Shown here piece after piece: positions 13,522-20,756 of a stretch of 24,000 nucleotides of DNA (positions are counted from its first letter, which is position 1; each line of letters opens with the position of its first letter). Made by a program: the position numbers and the translations under genes. The notes beneath the pieces are model-generated. The model searched no databases. It had not been told where the DNA came from and saw only the letters and a list, made by a program, of their open reading frames with translations. Origin of the DNA: Kribbella steppae (lineage in GTDB: Bacteria > Actinomycetota > Actinomycetes > Propionibacteriales > Kribbellaceae); assembly GCF_004342025.1 (NCBI RefSeq), contig NZ_SLWN01000001.1, positions 810,788-834,787 of the forward strand, read 5' to 3'.

Positions 13522-15720
13522 TCAGCGCAGGGCGATGAACCGGATGCCGTTGACGGTCAGAGATGTCTTGACGTTCGCAGCGTTGCCTTTGACCACAGCG
13601 ATGACGTCGGGCTCCGTGAACAGTGGGAGCAGATCGGACGGGATGCCGGGCTTGGGCTCATCGGAACCGATGTCGATCAGCCGCTCCGGGCACCTGGCGA
13701 GGTACGCCCCGAGCTTGGGCCAGCGAAGGGTGAGGATGGTCCACAGAGCCGTCTGCTGCTCGTGCGTCTCGTCGTTGTCCAGGTTCACACCTTGCAGAGT
13801 CTCGATGCCACGCGCAATGCCGTAGGCGTTGACGAGTCGCTTCATCATGCGGGGGTTCGGATCATCACCCAGCAGCGCGCGGAACGGCTCCAACGTGTGA
13901 GTGTCGGCCACCCGCGCCCGTTCGCTGACCATCTCGACTGCCACGAGCTCGCGCCGGGCCTGCACCTCGGCCACGGAGCTTCCTTGGTTCCTGGCGACTT
14001 CTCGCCGTACGTCGTCCGGCGGGAGACTACCGAGTTCGCTGGCGGCCGCCGTCCGCGCCGCCTCGAGGTCCGCCTCTCCCGGCACGGACGGCGAGCGCAG
14101 AATGCGCCCCCAGAAGGCGTCGATCCGGTCGCGCACCTGCGGCAGACCGGTCGAGATCTGGAACGTCTTCTCCAGGAACAGGTAACCGACCGGCCGGCCG
14201 GGCTCTCCGGCCAGGCTGCCGAAGGTCGCGTACTCGCTCGCGTAACTGTCGGCCAGCCAGTCGCGGTCTGCGGCGACCACGTAGGTCACCGGGATCTCGC
14301 GGAAGAGTGTCTGGATACCTTCCAGGAGTTCCACCACGTACGGGCTCTTGCACCGGTCCAGGTCGTCGATCATCACCACGATGTCGTGGTGGATCCACTG
14401 GGTCAGGTCGGCGAGGTGTTCCTGGACCACACGCATCGGATCGCTGGTGTTGGCGATGAATCGCCTGGCCCCTCTGGCCGATGTGCTGAAGACCCAGCGT
14501 CCCATCGCGTGCAGGAGTCCCCAGACGGTGAGCGCCGGTGTGATGATCGCGGCCGCGGTGACGACGAACCCCTTGAACGTGGCCGGCGAGAACAGCTCCT
14601 GGTTCCCCGCCCCGCCGAACCAGCCGGCCCGCCACGCGAGGAAGACGAGGCCGGCGACCAGCACCAGCGCCAGGTACCCCGGCCAGCCGCCCTTGGACCG
14701 CCAGATCCACTCGCGGATCCGGACGGTCAGCGCCCGGCGCCGGTCGAACGTGTCGAGCTCACGGACCGCGCCGGAGTACAGCGCCCGCATCAGCCACCAC
14801 CACGGCGGCTCGATGCGCTGATGGCGCCAGGCGTTGAAGTCGACCACCACCGACCGCTTCGCATCCGCGGCCGGATCGTCCTTGCGCAGCTCGGCGGCAA
14901 GGAAGTTGAGCACGGACGTCTTCCCGGCACCCCACGGCGCATGCAGGTGAAGGATGAACGCACCCCCACGCCTGGCCTGCGGATCGGGCGCGTGCTTGCT
15001 GTTGCGGGTCTCCTCCGTGCGGGCATCCCGGATCCGCCGCGCCAACACCTTCGCAAACCCCTGCCGCCCCAACTCGTCCACCACCGCCGGCCCATCTGTA
15101 TGCGTCGGCACAGTCTCGACCGGCCAGGACGGCGCAGGAGCCTTGTCTTCTTCGCCGGCGCTCTCTGAGACGTCCTCGAGCGACCACGTGAGGTACTGGT
15201 TGCTCAACTGGTCGTACTGCGCTTGATCCCGCACGTAGATCTTGACCGGCAGGGATGGGGCTGAATAGACGGCAGGCGGTGTGTCCTGTCGGGTGACGCC
15301 GGCGACGATGGCGTTGAAGGATTCCTCGGCCTCCAAAACGCCCGCGCCGCTACCGAGCAGCGGGAGGCCAAGTGTTCCGCCACGGTCCGACGCGAGCCTG
15401 GCGGCCCGGGCGGCGGCCGACCGTACCCACTCCGCCTTCGACCCGACGCCGTCGACGACCACGGCCGCCAGCAGAATGGTCGTCGGCCCCGGCCGTCGCT
15501 TGACCTTCCCGTCGGCTTCCCAGGCGCGCACCACCTGTCCCGGTTCCAGTCGACGGGGCATGTCGAGCGTGTAGTCCACCAGTCGCGTGCTGAAATCCGG
15601 CGCGATGCTGCCGGACGTGCTGCACGGAATGACGACGACGTCGTCGCGACCGAGAAACAGGTCGCCGAGCACCACTTCGACCGGACCAGCGTGCGCCGTT
15701 GCCGATTCCTGCGCGGCCAT
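13522..15720 (-). CDS. Macro-like N-terminal domain fused to a KAP-family P-loop NTPase with an inserted transmembrane hairpin
   Basis: KAP hallmarks: DELGRQGFAKVLARRI, Walker A HAPWGAGKTSVLNF and two hydrophobic helices inside the NTPase domain (GYLALVLVAGLVFLAWRAGWF and FVVTAAAIITPALTVWGLLHAM). Also Walker B IVVMIDDLDRC, FLEKTFQISTGLP and the C-terminal NPRMMKRLVNAYGI. Residues about 14-165 (VEVVLGDLFLGRDDVVVIPCSTSGSI...TLGLPLLGSGAGVL) resemble TARG1/DarG-type macrodomains. RBS GGGGGAG lies 4 nt upstream of the ATG. Confidence 0.85.
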   Translation of the reverse strand: MAAQESATAHAGPVEVVLGDLFLGRDDVVVIPCSTSGSIAPDFSTRLVDYTLDMPRRLEPGQVVRAWEADGKVKRRPGPTTILLAAVVVDGVGSKAEWVRSAAARAARLASDRGGTLGLPLLGSGAGVLEAEESFNAIVAGVTRQDTPPAVYSAPSLPVKIYVRDQAQYDQLSNQYLTWSLEDVSESAGEEDKAPAPSWPVETVPTHTDGPAVVDELGRQGFAKVLARRIRDARTEETRNSKHAPDPQARRGGAFILHLHAPWGAGKTSVLNFLAAELRKDDPAADAKRSVVVDFNAWRHQRIEPPWWWLMRALYSGAVRELDTFDRRRALTVRIREWIWRSKGGWPGYLALVLVAGLVFLAWRAGWFGGAGNQELFSPATFKGFVVTAAAIITPALTVWGLLHAMGRWVFSTSARGARRFIANTSDPMRVVQEHLADLTQWIHHDIVVMIDDLDRCKSPYVVELLEGIQTLFREIPVTYVVAADRDWLADSYASEYATFGSLAGEPGRPVGYLFLEKTFQISTGLPQVRDRIDAFWGRILRSPSVPGEADLEAARTAAASELGSLPPDDVRREVARNQGSSVAEVQARRELVAVEMVSERARVADTHTLEPFRALLGDDPNPRMMKRLVNAYGIARGIETLQGVNLDNDETHEQQTALWTILTLRWPKLGAYLARCPERLIDIGSDEPKPGIPSDLLPLFTEPDVIAVVKGNAANVKTSLTVNGIRFIALR

Positions 15721-15790
15721 GGGCTCCCCCTCGTCACACGATCCGCATCCTCCCTCGCAGGTTAGTGCGAACCAGCGACTACGGACAGTG

Positions 15791-16534
15791 TCAACTGAGG
15801 TGCGCCAGCAGGAGGGGGTTGATCACCTCGGGGTGGGAGTAGGTGACGAGGTGGGCGGCGTTCTCGATGATCTCGAGGTGGGCGCCGGGGATGGCGGAGG
15901 CGAGCGGGATGACGGTTTCGGGTGGGATGGAGGTGTCTTGTTCGGTGGTGATGAGGAGGACCGGGGCGGTGATGTCGCCGAGTTTGTCGCGCAGGTCCGT
16001 CGTACCGAGGGCCTCGCAGCAGGCGGCGTAGCCCTCGTCGGGGGTGTTGAGGAGTTGCTGGCGGAGCGGGTCGACGTCGGGGAAGTCGGGGAGGAACCAG
16101 CGCTCCAGGGTCGCGTCGGTGATGGCTTGAGTGCCTTCGGCGCGGACGGTGGCGGCTCGGTCGGTCCACATCTGGGCGTCGTCGGACGGGTTGGACGGCG
16201 GACAGAGCAGCGCGAAGCGGTGGAAGCGGTCGGGTGCGTTCTGAGCCAGCCAGAGGCCGACCGCGCCCCCGAGCGAGATGCCGACGTACGACGCCTGGTC
16301 GACGCCGAGGGTGTCGAGGAGTTCGAGTACGTCGCCGCCGAGGTCGTCGATCGTGTACGGCCCGGGCGGCGCCTCGGACTCGCCGTGGCCGCGGTGATCG
16401 AACGCGATCACCCGGAACCGCTCTGCCAGGACGCTGACCTGCGGCGCCCACATCGCGTGCGTCGTCCCGAGCGAGGACCCGAGCAGAACCACGGGCGCGT
16501 CGTCGGGACCGGTCTCCGCATAGTTGAGTCGCAT
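15791..16534 (-). CDS. Alpha/beta hydrolase, 3-oxoadipate enol-lactonase-like
   Basis: LLGSSLGTTHAMWAPQ, FDHRGHGES, nucleophile elbow GISLGG, and a C-terminal ENAAHLV (catalytic His region). 247 aa, typical of the PcaD-like family. Confidence 0.8.
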   Translation of the reverse strand: MRLNYAETGPDDAPVVLLGSSLGTTHAMWAPQVSVLAERFRVIAFDHRGHGESEAPPGPYTIDDLGGDVLELLDTLGVDQASYVGISLGGAVGLWLAQNAPDRFHRFALLCPPSNPSDDAQMWTDRAATVRAEGTQAITDATLERWFLPDFPDVDPLRQQLLNTPDEGYAACCEALGTTDLRDKLGDITAPVLLITTEQDTSIPPETVIPLASAIPGAHLEIIENAAHLVTYSHPEVINPLLLAHLS

Positions 16535-16540
16535 AGGCCC

Positions 16541-16546
16541 ACACTA
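16541..16546 (-). promoter_or_regulatory. -10-like hexamer TAGTGT, 6 nt upstream of the hydrolase ATG (leaderless-transcript geometry)
   Basis: The minus strand reads TAGTGT-gggcct-ATG. There is no SD sequence, and the whole divergent intergenic region is only 35 bp. Confidence 0.35.
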
Positions 16547-16556
16547 CGGACGCTGC

Positions 16557-16562
16557 TACTCT
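16557..16562 (+). promoter_or_regulatory. -10-like hexamer TACTCT, 7 nt upstream of the asparaginase ATG (leaderless-transcript geometry)
   Basis: The plus strand reads TACTCT-ccgcggc-ATG. There is no SD sequence. Confidence 0.35.
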
Positions 16563-16569
16563 CCGCGGC

Positions 16570-17568
16570 ATGACCAAGGGTGTGCCGGGCCTGGAATCTG
16601 TCCGCGAACTGGCAGCGGTGGTCCGCGGCGGGTTCGTCGAGAGTCGCCACTTCGGGATCGCGGTCGCGGTCGATCCGGGCGGTACGCCGATCGTCACGGT
16701 CGGGGACGTGGACGCGGTGGTGTTGCCCCGGTCCACGACGAAGCCGCTGCAGGCGGTCGGGTGCATCGCGGCCGGCGCCTCGCTGTCGGGTGAGGAGACC
16801 GCGATCACGGCGGGCAGCCACACCGGCGAGGACCGGCATGTCGCCGTGGTGGACCGGATGTTGGCGGCCGCCGGGCTCGATCGAGGCGACCTGATGTGTC
16901 CGCCGGACCTGCCCCAGGACGAGGAGACCCGGAACCGGTTGATCGCCACCGGCATCGGTCCGTCCCGGGTACTGATGAACTGTTCGGGTAAGCACGCCGC
17001 GATGCTCGCGGCAACAGTTGCTACAGGCAACGACACGTCCGATTACCTCGATCCGGCCGGCCCGGTGCAGAAAGCGGTCACCGCGGAGATCGAGCGGTTG
17101 ACCGGGGCAACAACTGGGATCGTCACCGTGGACGGTTGCGGCGCTCCTCTGGTCGGCGTGCCGCTGCGCGGGCTGGCAGTCAGCTTCGGCCGGCTCGCCA
17201 CAGCTGCCGAGGGTACGGCGGAACACCAGGTCGCGGAGGCGATGCGGCAGTTCCCGGAGCACGTCGGCGGTCGCGGGCACCAGAACAGCCTGGTGATGCA
17301 GGCGCTGCCAGGCGTCATCGCCAAGGGCGGTGCGGAAGGCGTGATCGCGATGGCCGCGCCGGACGGTCACGCGGTGGCGGTCAAGGTGATCGACGGCAAT
17401 CAGCGGGCCACGACGGCGCTCGGCCTGATGCTGCTGAGCATGTGCGGCGTGGACGTCACCGCCGCCGCGGAACTGCTCGAGGTCCCGGTCCTTGGTGGCG
17501 GCCAACCCGTCGGCGCGATCGAACTCCAGCTTCAGCCGGCCCGCCGCGGCCGCTCGTCCTCGCGGTAG
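16570..17568 (+). CDS. Asparaginase_II-family protein (Rhizobium etli-type L-asparaginase family)
   Basis: LAAVVRGGFVESRHFG, LPRSTTKPLQA, AGSHTGEDRHV, MNCSGKHAAML, VDGCGAP and KGGAEGV are the conserved blocks I associate with this family. Confidence 0.8.
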   Translation: MTKGVPGLESVRELAAVVRGGFVESRHFGIAVAVDPGGTPIVTVGDVDAVVLPRSTTKPLQAVGCIAAGASLSGEETAITAGSHTGEDRHVAVVDRMLAAAGLDRGDLMCPPDLPQDEETRNRLIATGIGPSRVLMNCSGKHAAMLAATVATGNDTSDYLDPAGPVQKAVTAEIERLTGATTGIVTVDGCGAPLVGVPLRGLAVSFGRLATAAEGTAEHQVAEAMRQFPEHVGGRGHQNSLVMQALPGVIAKGGAEGVIAMAAPDGHAVAVKVIDGNQRATTALGLMLLSMCGVDVTAAAELLEVPVLGGGQPVGAIELQLQPARRGRSSSR

Positions 17569-17672
17569 CGGGTGCGCGTTAGCGGTAGCGGGTGCGCGTT
17601 AGCGGTAGCGGGTGCGCGTTAGCGGTAGCGGGTGCGCGTTAGCGGTAGCGGGTGCGCGTTAGCGGTAGAGGG
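17561..17672. repeat. Perfect 20-bp tandem repeat, about 5.6 copies (unit agcggtagcgggtgcgcgtt)
   Basis: Copy 1 (17561-17580) matches the unit in 19 of 20 positions. Copies 2-5 (17581-17660) are identical. A partial sixth copy at 17661-17672 diverges after agcggtag. The array fills the whole space between two convergent stop codons. Confidence 0.95.
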
Positions 17673-18069
17673 CCAGGGCGCCGGTGAGGGAGTCGACGGC
17701 GGCGCGAGGGCCGTAGAGCCCGACGCCCAGATACTCGACGTCTTCGGCCTTGGTCCCGCTCAGGGTCGCGGACATCTGCTCGTAGGTCCGGGCGCGCTGG
17801 GCGATCTGGTGCATGTCGTGCACGGTGACGCCGTCCCGAGCCGCCGCCTGCGCGCGGAGGTCGTGCAGTTGTTCGGCGGTTGCCCGCAGTACCGGAATCG
17901 GGTGCGCACACATCCCGGTGTGCGGGTTGCCGGAAGCATCCTCGGTGTCCGGGCCGACCACGTCCTCGTGGTGGTCGCCGAGGGCGACGCCGAGCAGGGC
18001 GGCAGTGTTCAGGGCGACGCCGACCGGCGCCTCGGCCGCGATCACCACGACCATCTTGTTCGTCAGCAC
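17659..18069 (-). CDS. DUF2000-family protein
   Basis: KMVVVIAAEAPVGVALNTAALLGVALG...HPIPVLRATAEQL...YLGVGLYGPRAAVDSLTGALALY matches the DUF2000 pattern as I recall it. It is divergently paired with an Lrp/AsnC regulator. The start could be GTG 18069 or ATG 18054; neither has a clear RBS. Confidence 0.65.
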   Translation of the reverse strand: MLTNKMVVVIAAEAPVGVALNTAALLGVALGDHHEDVVGPDTEDASGNPHTGMCAHPIPVLRATAEQLHDLRAQAAARDGVTVHDMHQIAQRARTYEQMSATLSGTKAEDVEYLGVGLYGPRAAVDSLTGALALYR

Positions 18070-18111
18070 GCAGTAGAACCTAGCCGCTTGGCCAGGATTC
18101 GCACCCGACTA

Positions 18112-18126
18112 CCGAACATCGTTCGG
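18112..18126. promoter_or_regulatory. Perfect palindrome CCGAAC-atc-GTTCGG in the Lrp/DUF2000 divergent intergenic region (candidate operator)
   Basis: A 6-bp inverted repeat with a 3-nt spacer, 23 nt upstream of the Lrp ATG. No binding data are available. Confidence 0.3.
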
Positions 18127-18148
18127 CAGATCTGCGAAACTTCCTGCT

Positions 18149-18607
18149 ATGGACGAACTTGATACGGCGCTGCTGCGGATGCTGCAGAACGACGCGCGCC
18201 GGACCAACCGGGATATGGCCGCCGAGCTCGGCATCGCGCCGTCCACCTGCCTGGAGCGGATCCGCGGCCTGCGCGACCGCGGGGTGATCAGCGGCTACCA
18301 CGCCGAGGTCGACCTGAAGGCGATCGACCGGTCCACCGAGGCGATCATCTCGATCAAGCTCCGCCCGCAGGCGATGGCGGTGGCGACCGCGTTCCAGGAC
18401 TACGTCAACCAGTTGCCGGAGACGCTGGCGATGTTCATGGTGTCGGGTGCGTCCGACTTCCTCGCGCATGTCGCGGTCAAGGACACCCGGGCGTTGCGCG
18501 ACCTGGTCCTCGCGCTGGCCAAACGGCAGGAGATCGCCGACATCCGCAGCTCGGTCGTCTTCGAGCACCACCGCCGTACGACGATCATGCCCCTACCGGA
18601 GCGCTAA
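18149..18607 (+). CDS. Lrp/AsnC-family transcriptional regulator
   Basis: LDTALLRMLQNDARRTNRDMAAELGIAPSTCLERIRGLRDRGVISGY is the winged HTH. It is followed by the RAM/AsnC_trans_reg beta-alpha fold (AIISIKLRP...FLAHVAVKDTRALRDLV). 152 aa. Confidence 0.9.
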   Translation: MDELDTALLRMLQNDARRTNRDMAAELGIAPSTCLERIRGLRDRGVISGYHAEVDLKAIDRSTEAIISIKLRPQAMAVATAFQDYVNQLPETLAMFMVSGASDFLAHVAVKDTRALRDLVLALAKRQEIADIRSSVVFEHHRRTTIMPLPER

Positions 18608-19432
18608 CAGCTTGTCCGGATTCGCCTGGACCCGGATGGCGACGATCTGGCCACCGTCGAACTCCAGGTCGAGGACGTGCCGGAACGCCGGCACGCGCAC
18701 CTCCAGCGCCGGCCCGGTCACCAGTTCGAGCGGTACGACGCTCACCTCGCCGCGCGCGTAGATCCGGCTGAAGAACTTGGCCACCTGCTCCCGTCCGGTC
18801 ACCGGCTTGCGCGCGACCCGGGGCATGCCGCCGCCGTCACTCCACTCGGTCACCGACTCCTTGAGCATCGACTCGAGCCGGACGAGATCACCGTCGCGCG
18901 CCGCCGAGACGAAGTCGAGCAGCAATCGCTGCTGCTCCACCGGTGACGGCTCGAACCGCGATCCCTCGCGCCCGAGCGCCTTGCTCGCCCGCGTGTGCAA
19001 CTGCCGGCAGTCCTCCGCGGACCGCCCGAGGATCTCCGCGATCTCGTCGTACGGGAGAACGAACGCAGTCCGCAGTACGTAGACCGCACGCTGCGGCGGG
19101 GTGAGCCGCTCCATCAGATGCAGTACAGCGAGGGACAGGTCGGAGGTGTCGACCGAGGCGAACGGGTCCGACGGCGCCGGCTCGGGTAGCCACTCCCCCA
19201 GATAGCTCTCGCGCCGCGCCTGACGAGTCCGCAGTACATCGATCGCGAGCCGCGTCACCACCCTGGTCAGGTAGCGACGCGGCTCGAGCACCTGCGCGCG
19301 GTCCACACCGGACCACCGCACGTACGCCTCCTGCAGCACGTCCTCGGTGTCCTGCCAGCTCCCGAGCAGCCGGTACGCGAGGCTCGCGAGCATGCCGCGC
19401 GCCGACTGGAACTCGGGCAGAGTGCTGGTCAA
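18593..19432 (-). CDS. ECF41-group (SigJ-like) sigma-70 family factor with a C-terminal SnoaL-like extension
   Basis: Region 2 (LAYRLLGSWQDTEDVLQEAYVRW) and region 4 (LTPPQRAVYVLRTAFVLPYDEIAEILGRSAEDCRQLHTRA). All three ECF41 signature motifs are present: WLPEP, DGGGM (DGGGK-like) and NPDKL. A TTG start at 19432 overlaps the upstream TGA as TTGA and gives MTSTLPEFQSARGML..., matching the usual N-terminus. The first ATG at 19393 would truncate region 2. Confidence 0.85.
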   Translation of the reverse strand: MTSTLPEFQSARGMLASLAYRLLGSWQDTEDVLQEAYVRWSGVDRAQVLEPRRYLTRVVTRLAIDVLRTRQARRESYLGEWLPEPAPSDPFASVDTSDLSLAVLHLMERLTPPQRAVYVLRTAFVLPYDEIAEILGRSAEDCRQLHTRASKALGREGSRFEPSPVEQQRLLLDFVSAARDGDLVRLESMLKESVTEWSDGGGMPRVARKPVTGREQVAKFFSRIYARGEVSVVPLELVTGPALEVRVPAFRHVLDLEFDGGQIVAIRVQANPDKLLALR

Positions 19433-19872
19433 GCGGCGAGCACCGGCTGCTTCCTGCTCGTGATCGTCAGACGGTTCCACAGGTTGATGGTCCCAATCGC
19501 GAGGAGCACGTTCGCAGCCCCCTCCTCCCCGAACTGCTCGACCACGCCGTCCCACACCTCGTCCGGTATGCCGGTCCGGCCGAGCAGGGTGACCGCGTCG
19601 GTCAGGGCCAGCGCCGCCCGCTCGCGCTCGTCGTAGAAGGAGGATTCCCGCCAGGCCGCCAGCCCGAACAGGCGTTGGGTGCTCTCGCCGTCCTTGAGGG
19701 CGTCCGTGGTGTGCATGTCCACGCAGTATGCGCACTCGTTGACCATCGAGGCCCGCACCTTGATCAGGTACAGCACCGTGTGGTCCAGGGCGCCCTGGAC
19801 GTACTTCTCCAGGCCGAACACGGCCCGGAAGCCGGCCGGCGCGACTTTGCTGATATCGATTCGCTGTTCCAT
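19429..19872 (-). CDS. Carboxymuconolactone decarboxylase (AhpD-like) family protein
   Basis: LIKVRASMVNECAYCVDMHT carries the CxxC...H motif of the CMD/AhpD family. 147 aa from ATG 19872 (MEQRIDISK). The longer track ORF N-terminus is R/P/S-rich junk. Confidence 0.85.
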   Translation of the reverse strand: MEQRIDISKVAPAGFRAVFGLEKYVQGALDHTVLYLIKVRASMVNECAYCVDMHTTDALKDGESTQRLFGLAAWRESSFYDERERAALALTDAVTLLGRTGIPDEVWDGVVEQFGEEGAANVLLAIGTINLWNRLTITSRKQPVLAA

Positions 19873-19927
19873 ACCGACACGACGGGCGCCCACCGGCCTG
19901 ACGTGACACCGGCGGCTGTGACTCCGG

Positions 19928-20695
19928 TCACGCGCCTTTCTTGAGCACCTGCTGGGCCTTGGAGACCGCGGCTTCGGTGGCGCCCTCGAGTTCACCTTCC
20001 TGACCGGCCAGCAAGGTGACGGAGACGACGACGTCCTCGACGCCCGTGGTGGCTGCGGTGAACTCCAGACCGCGGCGCGAACCGGAGGTGGCGGTGAGGC
20101 GGAAGGCGAACGGGTCCATGCCGAACTGCGGAGCGGAGATCTCCTCGACCTTCATCGAGTAGGTGCCCTCGCCGATCTTCATCGTCACCTTCGGGCAGGA
20201 GGTGACCGCCTTCTTGTACGCGTGCTGCAGGTAGGCGACCTCGTCCTTGTTGCCCATCGCATCGATTCCGAAGTCGAGGAACGTCCCCTCCTGTCCGGCC
20301 GAGAACGAGCGGTGCGTGGTGGCCTTGGCTCCCGGCGCCTCGGTGGCGTTGAGGAATTTGACCAGCGTCTTGCACTTGCTGCTCGTCGACGAGAACGGCT
20401 TCTCGGCGTCGCCGGCCGGTTCGTCCTTCTCCAACTGGTAGCCGTCGGGCAGATCGGCGATCTCGAGCAGCGCCTTGGCGAGCTCGGCCGAGGTGCGCTT
20501 GACCGCGACGGCCGGCGTCCCGCTCACATCAGGTGTCTCTGGCGTGACGGTCGGCGTCGGCGTGCTCGCGGCCGGATCCGACTGAGCGGCGTCCTTGTCG
20601 TCGCCACCGCAGGCGGTCAGCGACAAGCTGAGAGCGGTGACAAGGACGAGCGGAAACGACCCGCCGCGCCGGAGGCGTGGCATCGATAGAGTCAT
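19928..20695 (-). CDS. Lipoprotein of unknown function
   Basis: MTLSMPRLRRGGSFPLVLVTALSLSLTAC has a positive n-region, an h-region and the lipobox LTAC. A Pro/Thr-rich linker and a globular domain follow. GGGAG RBS lies upstream of ATG 20695. Confidence 0.7.
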   Translation of the reverse strand: MTLSMPRLRRGGSFPLVLVTALSLSLTACGGDDKDAAQSDPAASTPTPTVTPETPDVSGTPAVAVKRTSAELAKALLEIADLPDGYQLEKDEPAGDAEKPFSSTSSKCKTLVKFLNATEAPGAKATTHRSFSAGQEGTFLDFGIDAMGNKDEVAYLQHAYKKAVTSCPKVTMKIGEGTYSMKVEEISAPQFGMDPFAFRLTATSGSRRGLEFTAATTGVEDVVVSVTLLAGQEGELEGATEAAVSKAQQVLKKGA

Positions 20696-20756
20696 GGAAC
20701 TCCCAGAACCTTTGAGGGCCGGGCGGACCCACCGGTGGTCGAGCAGGCAGCAGCGT

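Noticed and set aside
15789-15794. Perfect TTGACA (minus strand) upstream of the KAP NTPase gene as a -35 box
   Set aside because: No TANNNT hexamer lies at 16-19 nt spacing; the nearest, TAACCT, is 24 nt away. The hexamer also overlaps the hydrolase stop codon. This is insufficient to call a promoter.
15587-17505. Long alternative ORFs (15587-16573 plus, 15762-17036 minus, 16408-17505 minus)
   Set aside because: They overlap the alpha/beta hydrolase and asparaginase-family genes in other frames or on the other strand. The motif-bearing frames are clearly better, and these ORFs are R/P/G-rich.
17561-17672. 20-bp repeat array as a CRISPR array
   Set aside because: The units are directly contiguous with no spacers, the unit is too short, and no cas genes are present. 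It is a simple tandem repeat.
18593-19909. Single 438-aa ORF spanning the sigma factor and the CMD-gene region
   Set aside because: Only the C-terminal 279 aa look like a protein (ECF41 sigma). The N-terminal 158 aa are an out-of-frame read through the CMD-family gene, which has its own convincing frame and CxxC motif.
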